Below are positions 38,856-47,996 of a DNA stretch of 64,000 bases, piece by piece. The first letter of the stretch is position 1; every line of letters begins with the position of its first letter. The notes beneath the pieces are model-generated. The model was not told the DNA's origin, did no database searches, and saw only the letters and a list, made by a program, of their open reading frames with translations. The position numbers and the translations under genes were made by a program. This DNA is from an uncultured archaeon (GTDB lineage: Archaea; Asgardarchaeota; Thorarchaeia; Thorarchaeales; Thorarchaeaceae). The stretch covers positions 1 through 64,000 of the forward strand of contig CAZLEV010000003.1 in the NCBI GenBank assembly GCA_964558645.1, in the 5' to 3' direction.

Positions 38856-40427
38856 TCATTCCTTGATGGCCGAATACTCCTCTATTCCACCGACGAAGGT
38901 GCTTTCGACTCTGATATCCTTGATCTTCTCAGGAGGGCACTCCAGGATGTGATCGGAGAGAACCACGAAGTCCGCCCTCTTTCCTACTTGGATGCTCCCT
39001 GCAATCCGTTCCATGAATGAAGAGTATGCTCCCTCGAGAGTATAACACCTGAGCGCCTCTTCGACTGTGAGGCGAACGCGATCATTTGGATGAGTTGCGG
39101 CTGCCCAGATACCATAGAGCGGATCGTAGGGCATTCCATCAGATCCAAAGGCTACTCTTGCGCCATTATCGAGTGCAACCCTGAACATATTCATCCCTCG
39201 AACGCGTTCCTCGTCGAAGCGTCTTTCATAGAGTCCGTCTTCGAGCTGCCACTGTCCAACGAAGTTGGGCTGCATTGAAAGGATGACCCCGAGGCTCACT
39301 GCTCTCCTGATCTGGTACTCGGATATCATCTCGGCATGTTCTATCCTGTGTCTTTGGCCTCGAATCTGGGCCTTTTGCTCCTCTTCCAGTGATTCAAACG
39401 CATTCAGGACAGTCTCGATTGCAGCGTCTCCGATTGCATGAGTAAGTGTCTGAATACCATGCTCTATTGCTTTGGAAAAGATATCCCGAATATCATCCTC
39501 TGATATGAACATCTTGCCCGTGTTCTTGGGGTCATCTTTGTATGGTTCCGAGACTGCGGCCGTTCGGGCTCCAATGGATCCATCCACAAATAGCTTCACT
39601 CCTCCGATGCGTACCATTGGTCCGCCTAGGCCTGATGTAATGCCGAGTGCTATCATGTGTTCCAGATTCTCAACACGGGGGTTTACAACAAGGCGTGCAG
39701 TCAAGAGCTCCTTACGTTCGCAATCACGAATTGCTTTGAGAAAGCCAGATTGGATGTTGTCGACTGCTGTCGTTATGCCGTGCTTGTTTGCAAGGCGTGT
39801 TGCTGCACAGACTGCATCTTGAAGATTCGTTGAAGCGGGTGCATCCTCGCCGAAGAGCCCAACTACGTCTTTCAGTACCCCTGTGGGTTTTCCATCTTCG
39901 TCAGTCATGACCCCCTCGCTCTCTGACGGCAGATTGAACTTGCGAAGAGCAAGCGTATTCGCGCTCGTGAGATGCATATCGACTCTGTCGATGGCTATGG
40001 GATGTTCTGTGGAAACCTCGTCAAGGTCTTCAGCAGTGATGTATCTGCTCTCTTTCCATTTGCTTTCATCCCAGTTGTAACCCCTTATCCATTCCCCGGG
40101 ACTGTAACGTGGAAGCGCATCCTTCAAAATTTTCTTGACTTCGTCAATCGACCTTGCATCTTCAAGGTCGATGTGGGATGATCTCATGCCTGCATAGGTT
40201 ATGTGTGTGTGAGCATCGACAAACCCTGGGACTACAGTCTTCCCTCCTAGGTCAATTACCCGTTTTGCTGTCCCCACAAGATCAATCACGGAGTCATCGT
40301 CTCCAACCACCAGGAACTTGTAGTTCTTCACAGCTATGGCGGTAGCATCTGGATTCTCGGGGTTCATCGTCAGGATTTTACCGTTGATTACCACGAGTTC
40401 TGCTTCAAGCTCCATTTGAGAACACAC
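38856..40427 (-). CDS. Amidohydrolase family 3 (YtcJ-like)
   Basis: 'PGFVDAHTH', 'KLFVDGSIGARTA', 'HAIGD', 'RIEHAE', 'FGSD'. Confidence 0.9.
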   Translation of the reverse strand: MCSQMELEAELVVINGKILTMNPENPDATAIAVKNYKFLVVGDDDSVIDLVGTAKRVIDLGGKTVVPGFVDAHTHITYAGMRSSHIDLEDARSIDEVKKILKDALPRYSPGEWIRGYNWDESKWKESRYITAEDLDEVSTEHPIAIDRVDMHLTSANTLALRKFNLPSESEGVMTDEDGKPTGVLKDVVGLFGEDAPASTNLQDAVCAATRLANKHGITTAVDNIQSGFLKAIRDCERKELLTARLVVNPRVENLEHMIALGITSGLGGPMVRIGGVKLFVDGSIGARTAAVSEPYKDDPKNTGKMFISEDDIRDIFSKAIEHGIQTLTHAIGDAAIETVLNAFESLEEEQKAQIRGQRHRIEHAEMISEYQIRRAVSLGVILSMQPNFVGQWQLEDGLYERRFDEERVRGMNMFRVALDNGARVAFGSDGMPYDPLYGIWAAATHPNDRVRLTVEEALRCYTLEGAYSSFMERIAGSIQVGKRADFVVLSDHILECPPEKIKDIRVESTFVGGIEEYSAIKE

Positions 40428-40580
40428 TGGTCACCTATCATGTACTCTTAGTTTATATTCTTGATGCATAGTCACCCGAAACTCTCATGGACGCAGAATA
40501 TCTGCTGATGGGTGACTCTTGGTGAGGAACTCTTGGCAAGATACTATTTTGCTCGGGTCATTCTGCTCTTAGAGGACCGT

Positions 40581-41234
40581 TCATTTCTTGGCTTTTTTCC
40601 AATCATCAAGAAATCGCTTGATACCAACATCCGTGAGGGGATGATTGATCATCTTGTCAAGCACTGCAGGGGGGATTGTGGCGATATCCGCGCCGACAAC
40701 TGCAGCCTCATAGACATGTACTGGATGTCTGATGCTAGCCACGATGATCTCGGTATCAAATGCGTAGTTGCTGTAGATCTCTGCAATGTCGACCACTATT
40801 TGCATGCCAACGTGACCGATATCATCCAAACGACCAATGAAGGGGGAAACGAAGGATGCCCCGGCCTTGGCGGCGAGGAGCGCTTGGTTTGGGCTGAAAC
40901 ACAAGGTGACGTTTGTATGGATTCCCTCATCCGAGAGAACCTTGACGGCTTTCAAGCCTTCCCAAGTCATTGGAATCTTGATTGCTGCATTGTCTATCCA
41001 AGTGTTCAGTTCTCGAGCTTCCTCAATCATTCCATCTGCCTCTTCACTGATCACTTCAAGACTGATAGGTCCGTCAACAAAAGAAGCAATCTCATCCACA
41101 ATCTCCCTGAAATTGCGGCCTTCTTTTGCTACAAGGGACGGGTTTGTGGTCACCCCGTCAACCATACCTCTCTCATGTGCTTGCCTGATGGCCTCGACGT
41201 TTGCGGTGTCTATGAAGAACTTCATCGCTATCAA
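40581..41234 (-). CDS. tal: Transaldolase (small, FSA-like subfamily)
   Basis: 'FFIDTAN', 'TTNPSL', Schiff-base 'IKIP'. Glu in 'SLEV' and Phe in 'TLCFS' indicate transaldolase rather than FSA. Confidence 0.88.
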   Translation of the reverse strand: MIAMKFFIDTANVEAIRQAHERGMVDGVTTNPSLVAKEGRNFREIVDEIASFVDGPISLEVISEEADGMIEEARELNTWIDNAAIKIPMTWEGLKAVKVLSDEGIHTNVTLCFSPNQALLAAKAGASFVSPFIGRLDDIGHVGMQIVVDIAEIYSNYAFDTEIIVASIRHPVHVYEAAVVGADIATIPPAVLDKMINHPLTDVGIKRFLDDWKKAKK

Positions 41235-41322
41235 CTCTTATGATTTTGAAGGCCAGTTATATCTTCTTGTCTTTGGTGGTAGAATTGTTAGATGATATTC
41301 ATTTTGGTGATTCCAGTCTAGC

Positions 41323-41994
41323 CTAGTCTGGTGACCAACTCTTTGCAGCATTTCTCAGGTCCCTGACTGCTTGAGCTATGTCTTTTGCTTTGAATATCGA
41401 AGATCCTGCAATGAAGAACTCAGCACCTGCAGCATGCAGGGCCCCTATGTTCGCCATTGTCACTCCTCCATCGACAGCAATCTTCACTTCAGGCTTTTCA
41501 TCATCCAAGATGTGCCTGAGCTTCTTGATGCGAGTAATGGATGACTCGATGAATTTCTGCCCCCCAAATCCAGGGCAGACGCTCATAATCAGGACCGAGT
41601 CGATCAAATCGAGCAGGGGAACGACCCATTCGACGGGAGAGCCGGGATTCAGGGTGATTCCTGCCCTTGCTCCTTCGTGAACAATCAGCTGCACCGTCCT
41701 GTAGACATCATACGATGCCTCTGCATGTGGATAGATCAGCTCTACTCCGGCATCAACAAACTTGGGGATGTACTTGTCTGGATTCGAAATCATGAGATGT
41801 GCATCGAGGGGTCTTTCTGTGATTCTATTCATCGTTTCTGCAATCATTGGTCCATAGGAGATGTTTGGCACAAAGTGACCGTCCATGATATCAAGATGGA
41901 AGTAGTCGGGTTCTCCGTTCTCCGCCTTACGTATGTCTTCTTCGAGTCGAGCGAAGTCTGCAGAGAGAATTGATGGGGAGATGATGACTTCCAT
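41323..41994 (-). CDS. rpe: Ribulose-phosphate 3-epimerase
   Basis: 'SPSILSADF', '[12 protein letters not shown]', 'DAHLMI', 'PGFGGQKF', 'VDGG'. Confidence 0.97.
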   Translation of the reverse strand: MEVIISPSILSADFARLEEDIRKAENGEPDYFHLDIMDGHFVPNISYGPMIAETMNRITERPLDAHLMISNPDKYIPKFVDAGVELIYPHAEASYDVYRTVQLIVHEGARAGITLNPGSPVEWVVPLLDLIDSVLIMSVCPGFGGQKFIESSITRIKKLRHILDDEKPEVKIAVDGGVTMANIGALHAAGAEFFIAGSSIFKAKDIAQAVRDLRNAAKSWSPD

Positions 41995-42009
41995 GACAGT
42001 AGCCTCGCG

Positions 42010-43003
42010 GTGTTTATGATTCCCAAGTCTATTCTGGCATATTTAAGATTCGCCTATGTTGGCGGCACGTCTTTGACTAGTCCAGATGCTCTCCTCGGTT
42101 TTGGACTCGGACGCACACTCCTAGCCCTGTTCATGCGAGTAGGTGGAGGAATCTATATCAAGACGGCAGATGTTGGTGCAGACCTTGTGGGCAAGGTGGA
42201 ACAGCGGTTCCTGAGGGCGACCCACGGAATGCTGCTGTCATTGCTGCGGTGAGTCTGTTTGAAACCTATTGGTCATCGGCGGGCTTCACCACCTGCTCCT
42301 GGACAGCCCAACTGTGTTCTCTGGGCTACTCCTGGGTGCTGTGCTCCCATGGTTGTTCTCAGCTCTGAACATCAAGGCGGTCTCACGTGCAGCGGGTCAG
42401 ATGGTCAGGATATCCGACGCCAGTTCAGGATACCCGGAATCCTGGAGGGCACGAAGGAACCAGACTATGATCGTGCTGTGGACATCTCAACGAGTGCGAC
42501 TCAGAAGGAGGTCATCGCCCTCTCAGCCATTACCACCTCGATACCCCTCATTTTAGGGATTCTGTTTGGTGTCGAGGCTCTGGGTGGATTCCTCGGCAGA
42601 ATCATCGTGTCCGGACAGCTCCTAGCTGTGCACATGTCCCACCGTGGTGGCGCATGGGACAACGCCGAGAAGTACATCGAAGACCGCCCTGTGCTCCTGA
42701 GAAACACCTTGGCAAAGGCTGGGAGCGTGACCAGTGTGGTGTTATTCGCGACACCATCAGTGACCTTCAAGGACACTGCTGGTCGGCTCTTGGCCCATGC
42801 TCAAGGTCGTGAATCTTGTGTTTCTCATCCTTGCTCCCCTTATGGTCACTTTCCGGTGCGGCGCTGAAATGAAGGTCAACCTTGCTCTTCTAGGTGTCCT
42901 CTTGATCCTCTTGCTAATGACCTATTGGGCCATTCGTAAGAGCAGAGCAGAGGCAGGCTCCGGCGCCGATATGGAAGTACGGACAGAGATCCACGAACAA
43001 TAG
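42010..43003 (+). pseudogene. hppA: Membrane-bound H+/Na+-translocating pyrophosphatase pseudogene
   Basis: Motifs '[21 protein letters not shown]', '[12 protein letters not shown]' (shifted frame), 'RRQF..PDY', 'GGAWDNAEKYIE' and 'FKDTAG' are spread over several frames. N-terminus and central part are missing. Confidence 0.9.
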
Positions 43004-43016
43004 GACTAGACTAGAT

Positions 43017-43045
43017 GGTGGCCTTGTGCCACCTCCTCCTTTTTT
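43017..43045 (+). terminator. Hairpin plus T tract after the hppA remnant
   Basis: GGTGGC-cttgt-GCCACC then TCCTCCTTTTTT. Confidence 0.55.
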
Positions 43046-43120
43046 CTGGAAACAGAGCAATACTCGATTACCACTCACAGACTGCGTGCTAGTTATTAGG
43101 CTCGATCAACAGATACACTC

Positions 43121-43339
43121 ATGACAGTTGAGTGGCGATGGCGACGTATAGGCGGAGAGGTATTTCGTCTTGCTGAGCTCTTTGACTCACTTGCTGACAC
43201 CAGAGAGCTGGTCACCGAACTGAGAAAGCAGAAGTACTATATACTTCTGTCCATAGTTGATGAGAGATGGGCAATGTTCTGGCGGCCTCATAAAGAGAAG
43301 ACGCCTTGTGATGCTCATTGCTACAACATCTTGATCTAG
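43121..43339 (+). CDS. Small hypothetical protein
   Basis: 72-aa ATG ORF with a TTATTA box about 25 nt upstream (leaderless-type spacing). Confidence 0.55.
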   Translation: MTVEWRWRRIGGEVFRLAELFDSLADTRELVTELRKQKYYILLSIVDERWAMFWRPHKEKTPCDAHCYNILI

Positions 43340-43375
43340 ATACCGGTCAATCGGAGAAGCGTAAGGTTCTTTGTG

Positions 43376-43906
43376 TCAAGCTCCCGGTATCATGGGTACC
43401 TCCCACCTACTCTTCATCCTCCTCCAGGGATTTCTCACCAGATTGGGATTGACGACTATACCAGCCACTACAAGCAGTGTCCCAGTCCAGAGCACTCTGA
43501 GGTGTGGTGTTGCTCGCCAGATTGTCATGGATACACTCTTGCGTCTTGATGTGTTGTCATCGTCCAGCGTCACCACAAGAAGATACGCACCAGATGAAGG
43601 AAGGTGTACCACTCCCACAAACTCATTGACATGCTCTATAGAGGCCAAGGCAGTGACGTTGTCCATTGAGCCCTCCTTCCAAACTGTGGCTCCAACTTCA
43701 AAGTCAAACAGGTGTAAAGAAAACGTATCGTCACCATTTCCCTTGGCACGGACAAAGAGATCACCTGTGTGCATCACAAGGAGGCCCACATGCTCTCCAT
43801 CATCCGATGAGATCCCGTAGGAGAGTAGATACGTTCCAGACAAGAACGATAGAACCACCAGAAAGACTCCCCCAAAGACCGCCATCTTTGATACTCTCTC
43901 TCTCAC
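43376..43906 (-). CDS. Membrane protein (N- and C-terminal TMs, beta-rich middle)
   Basis: Two TMs flanking a soluble domain; last gene of the ABC cassette. Confidence 0.65.
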   Translation of the reverse strand: MRERVSKMAVFGGVFLVVLSFLSGTYLLSYGISSDDGEHVGLLVMHTGDLFVRAKGNGDDTFSLHLFDFEVGATVWKEGSMDNVTALASIEHVNEFVGVVHLPSSGAYLLVVTLDDDNTSRRKSVSMTIWRATPHLRVLWTGTLLVVAGIVVNPNLVRNPWRRMKSRWEVPMIPGA

Positions 43907-43913
43907 TCTCTAA

Positions 43914-44756
43914 TCACACTCCCGTGTACTTGAAGATGACATGGCTCAAAAGCAGGAGCAGGAGTGCTAATGCACATGACAGGACCATCCCAGTCAGGAC
44001 ATCTGTCAGTACAAGTTCGGTTTCGAACAGTCCTGCCCACCAAGAAAACATACCATCATAGTTGGCAGCATAATTGGCAGCGGCGAACGGGGGAAAGAGT
44101 ACCATCTTCACCAGTTCATCTGTTTCCGGACTGGTCACTCCGATGAAGGCCATGAACCAGAGCGATACACACCCAAAGGAGGTCACAAGTGCATTCCTCG
44201 AGATGACAGCAACAAGTCCAGCCACTGACACCATCAGTAGTGCAAGGGTCCAGATGGAGAGGAGGAGGAGCAGGGTATGCCCAAGGTCGGGAGCCACAGG
44301 GACGAAGAAGAAGACCCCGGCCAGACTGCCAAGGCAGGCCGAACATGAAACAAGGAGGAAGATGGGAAGGAACTTCATCAGGAGGAGACTCGCACGGCTT
44401 ATGGGATAGGTCAACAGCGTCTGCATCAGGCCTGAACTATATCCTGTGGTGAAGTTGTAGGCCACCAACAAGGGCACTAAGAGGATAAGGACAAAGACAC
44501 AGTTCGACACACAGCTTCCCAGCACTGCAAGGCCATGGGTTAGAATGAGCTCAGAGAAGTACTCCAGCCGGTCAGCAGACCCTGGCGCCGGGGTCTGATC
44601 TATACGTATGTCGAAGTTGAAATAGTTGTGAGTCACTGCGGCATGGATGCCTACTGCAATAAACACACACAACACTGCAACAATCGAGGGAAATCGGTAC
44701 GAGCTCTCTCTCTCAAACTGAAGGACTGTATGAATGCGCTCTCGCAGACTACTCAC
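43914..44756 (-). CDS. ABC-2 type permease
   Basis: 6 TMs, 'QTLLTYPISRASLLLMKF'. Overlaps the ATPase stop. Confidence 0.85.
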   Translation of the reverse strand: MSSLRERIHTVLQFERESSYRFPSIVAVLCVFIAVGIHAAVTHNYFNFDIRIDQTPAPGSADRLEYFSELILTHGLAVLGSCVSNCVFVLILLVPLLVAYNFTTGYSSGLMQTLLTYPISRASLLLMKFLPIFLLVSCSACLGSLAGVFFFVPVAPDLGHTLLLLLSIWTLALLMVSVAGLVAVISRNALVTSFGCVSLWFMAFIGVTSPETDELVKMVLFPPFAAANYAANYDGMFSWWAGLFETELVLTDVLTGMVLSCALALLLLLLSHVIFKYTGV

Positions 44757-45708
44757 TGCGGTTCACCTTCCTGTATACGTCCTCAAGGGTTCCGGTTGGC
44801 TCGACCCGGTAGACTGTTATACCACTTGGTGTGGCCATGGTATTTACAAGTTCCTCTATAGCAACATCGGCCTCATCTGAAACCTCTGCAACGACGCTCG
44901 CGGTTCCTATGATTGTCACATCAACTATTCTCTTGTCAGCCCTGAGTAACTTGGAGAGACGACTCGAGTCCGATGCTATGATCAGGTATCGGTCCTTGGT
45001 GTATCGCGTGACCAGCTCACTGACCGTGCCTGAGTCCACTACCTTTCCTGCTCTGACAAAGGCGACTGTGTGACAGGACCTCTCAAGCTCGGACAGGATG
45101 TGGGATGCGATAAAGAACGACACACCAGCCTCGCGATGGACTCTTGCAAGGAGGCTCACAACATCATCGCGACCACCGGCGTCAAGATGTATCGTCGGTT
45201 CGTCCAGAAAGACGAGTTCGGGATTCCCACAGAGTGCCTGAGCCAGCCCAAGCCTTCTGTGCATTCCAGCTGACAGTTGGCCAATCTTCCTCTCGGCTGC
45301 GTGTTCCAGACCAACCAGCGATAATATCTCATCAATGGAGGTTGTTGAGTTGTAGACTCTATTGACCACTCTTAGATAACTCGTTGGACTCATGGACACT
45401 GGGAAATAGGCCTTCTCATGGAGAACGCCGATTCTCTTACGTATCTGAATGGACTCTCTTGAAACATCATGACCCAGGACCTTAGCACGCCCCCCATCCG
45501 GTTTCAACAGACCAAGCAAGATCTTCAAGAGCGTTGTCTTTCCAGCACCATTTGGGCCAATCAGTCCGAAGATCCCGTCACTCACCTCAAGTGAAAGGCC
45601 ATCAAGTGCAGTGACGCTGCCAAATCTCTTGTAGAGATGATCTATATCTATTATCGCGTTTCTTTTCTCCACTCTAGACACACCACGCCTCATAACTCGC
45701 ACTTTCAA
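44749..45708 (-). CDS. ABC transporter ATP-binding protein
   Basis: 'GPNGAGKTT', 'LSAGMHRR', 'LDEPT', 'SHIL'. True start is probably slightly downstream. Confidence 0.92.
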   Translation of the reverse strand: MKVRVMRRGVSRVEKRNAIIDIDHLYKRFGSVTALDGLSLEVSDGIFGLIGPNGAGKTTLLKILLGLLKPDGGRAKVLGHDVSRESIQIRKRIGVLHEKAYFPVSMSPTSYLRVVNRVYNSTTSIDEILSLVGLEHAAERKIGQLSAGMHRRLGLAQALCGNPELVFLDEPTIHLDAGGRDDVVSLLARVHREAGVSFFIASHILSELERSCHTVAFVRAGKVVDSGTVSELVTRYTKDRYLIIASDSSRLSKLLRADKRIVDVTIIGTASVVAEVSDEADVAIEELVNTMATPSGITVYRVEPTGTLEDVYRKVNRSE

Positions 45709-45721
45709 AACTAAGAGATAG

Positions 45722-45768
45722 GGGTCTTGGGATAACTACAGACATGGTCATCCCTGACTCCAAGACCC
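45722..45768 (-). promoter_or_regulatory. Long hairpin between the secreted-protein gene and the ABC ATPase gene
   Basis: Outer GGGTCTTGG/CCAAGACCC stem with an inner GATGAC/GTTATC stem (minus strand). Confidence 0.45.
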
Positions 45769-45787
45769 TCATATTGACCCATTAATC

Positions 45788-46279
45788 CTAATAGTCAACC
45801 GCGACATATGGAGTATCACTGGAATACCATGTGTGCTTCGTAGAGTCGCTTGAAGGTGCAGCGTTTTTGAATCGTAGGTAGAGAGTGTCCTCATCACCTG
45901 GATCATTGATTGACCAATCTTTATCACTTACTACATAATCGAACCATGCAATGAGTATCCACTCACCTGATCCCCACTTGTAATGTGCGTAAATACTCTC
46001 ACAGTTCCAGGGGTAACCAGGATCACACCCATCATAGTCAATGTTGATGTAGTAGGCAGAACCATCAGTTCGTATCTCAGTGAATACAAACAGCATTTCA
46101 CACTGATATGCGCCATTCGCATACTCCTCATAGCAATCATCAGATGCAGTCCATGTGCCAAAGGTCGCGTCAGGCGTGTCATCATTATAGGTTTCACGTC
46201 CTGCCTCGACAAAGAACATTCCACTGACGACAACAAGACAAAAGACTAGTACTAGAAGCACCTTCTGGTTCTCTTTCAT
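45788..46279 (-). CDS. Small secreted acidic protein
   Basis: Signal peptide MKENQKVLLVLVFCLVVVSGMFFVEA. Mature part is D/Y/W-rich with 4 Cys. GGAG SD. Confidence 0.7.
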   Translation of the reverse strand: MKENQKVLLVLVFCLVVVSGMFFVEAGRETYNDDTPDATFGTWTASDDCYEEYANGAYQCEMLFVFTEIRTDGSAYYINIDYDGCDPGYPWNCESIYAHYKWGSGEWILIAWFDYVVSDKDWSINDPGDEDTLYLRFKNAAPSSDSTKHTWYSSDTPYVAVDY

Positions 46280-46484
46280 CTAGACGTATCATCTCCACCC
46301 ATTCTAACAAGAGTTACCTTGTGAGAGCCAAGTAACTGTCTAACAGAATAATCATTTAAGGATTCCTTATGATTTCTGTGACTGCATCAAGCATACCAAA
46401 ACCGGGCTTTATGATTTCGGTGCAGTATACCTGGACCTCCATTCTTTCAGATACGCATCATACCATGATCTAGATGCCGATTCG

Positions 46485-47590
46485 ATGATTCCAGCAGATG
46501 GAAATATATTCTTTGACATGGAGTTGGTAGGTAATGATGGATACTCATTAGGAAATGATTGGACGATCCAGACAATGCCTAACGGTGGGGATATCAGTGG
46601 CCACGGGACGGCCCCCAGGGGTGTCGATTATCCCCTCAGGATTCAAGCTGGTGATTACACACCGGCCGTAAGAAACGGTTATGCAGCGTTGCTTACAGGC
46701 TAAACGGAGTTCTCTATGGGATGATTGAGCGAACAACCCCAGAGATACATCCGGAACGTGCTAGTGCAGCTGCTTCTGAGTTCTATATCGATCTTCCAAC
46801 AGATTTTCAGGTTCGTCATCTATGATGAGGACGGGATTGCTCAACCAGGATTCGCCATCAATTGCAGTATCGGTAGTACGATGAAAAGCCAAGTAACTGC
46901 TTCATTCAGTGGTGAGAAGTCGTCGGTCGTCTATGAGAATCCCATTCCTGCATATGCTGGTAGATTGCCTGTCACTGGTTCATGTCCGAAGACAACATAT
47001 TTCGATGTTGGTTTTGCTGACCTTTCACTGCGTGCCTATCATAGAAACGTGAACGTGAGTTCTAGCTCATTAAGTATGGACTATGCTCATCGGTCTGATA
47101 AAATGAATATTTGCTTGGAACTCCTTGATGCGTTGACAGGAGAAGCGATAATCGCTGGCATCGAGGTAAGTCGATTCTCGGCATTTTCGTCCCTGATTCA
47201 GAATCCTTCACTCTGCCCGAAACACTCCAATCCGGGGACTACTCGGTCAAAATTCTCGTGTCGCAAGGTCGCGTCTACAGTGCTGTAGATGATGACTTGA
47301 GTTTCGTGGGATATACGTTATCACCCTTGAATTTCAAATATCGGAAGAACCGGGAAACATTAGATGAATATGACCTTCGTGTGACATTGACTGCTGAGGA
47401 AGAATCACTCTTTGAAGTCGAATACATATCACCCTACGCTCGTGGTGGAAAACCAGTTCTCACAGTAGAGACTCTTTGGATATCTGAAGAGGAGCAAAAG
47501 CTAGAAAATCCAGATTATATTCTGCATGGGCCACGCGTCATACTATCTGCACAGGTCGACTGGTTCTCGATGACTTACAGCAGGCCCTAA
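46485..47590 (+). pseudogene. Fragmented remnant of a large extracellular protein gene
   Basis: 46485..46703 and 46725..47288 are in the same frame, separated by TAA and TGA. 47258..47590 continues in a shifted frame. Beta-rich surface-protein-like composition. Confidence 0.5.
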
Positions 47591-47738
47591 CAGTCTCATG
47601 TGAACGCAATGAGTCTTCAAGCGAAGCTGTCAGCTGATGGGATTACCCCTTCGTCATTGAATCGAGAAAAAGGAGCCTCTCCTATCCATGATTATTCAAT
47701 CACTATCCACGTTTGTAGCCGCAGCAAATGACATTCCA

Positions 47739-47942
47739 TTATTCCTGATGAAGTCTGCCTGATTCGAAATCGATAAGACCCTCACCTTCAATCTCTAGGA
47801 TGCCGCTGAAACCCGGCAAGGAGTACTTTTCCTCAAGATGCGCGTTTACCCAGAAAACCCCGATGTGTCTTCCATCACGATGGACATTGTACCAGACTGC
47901 GGTCAGGACGAAGATTGATCCTATTCGTGCCCCCTTCTCCAT
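47739..47942 (-). CDS. Possible small hypothetical protein or fragment
   Basis: 67-aa ATG ORF just downstream of mutS; no recognisable motif. Confidence 0.3.
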   Translation of the reverse strand: MEKGARIGSIFVLTAVWYNVHRDGRHIGVFWVNAHLEEKYSLPGFSGILEIEGEGLIDFESGRLHQE

Positions 47943-47996
47943 GATTATGGTCTACAGTCCTGTGTTGCGCCCCTATTGGAACAAGAGGTCGTGTAG

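Noticed and set aside
40581-41234. Fructose-6-phosphate aldolase
   Set aside because: Active-site Glu/Phe pattern and adjacency to rpe favour transaldolase.
46701-46724. Selenocysteine read-through at the in-frame TGA
   Set aside because: An in-frame TAA lies just upstream, there is no redox motif, and a later frameshift points to a pseudogene.
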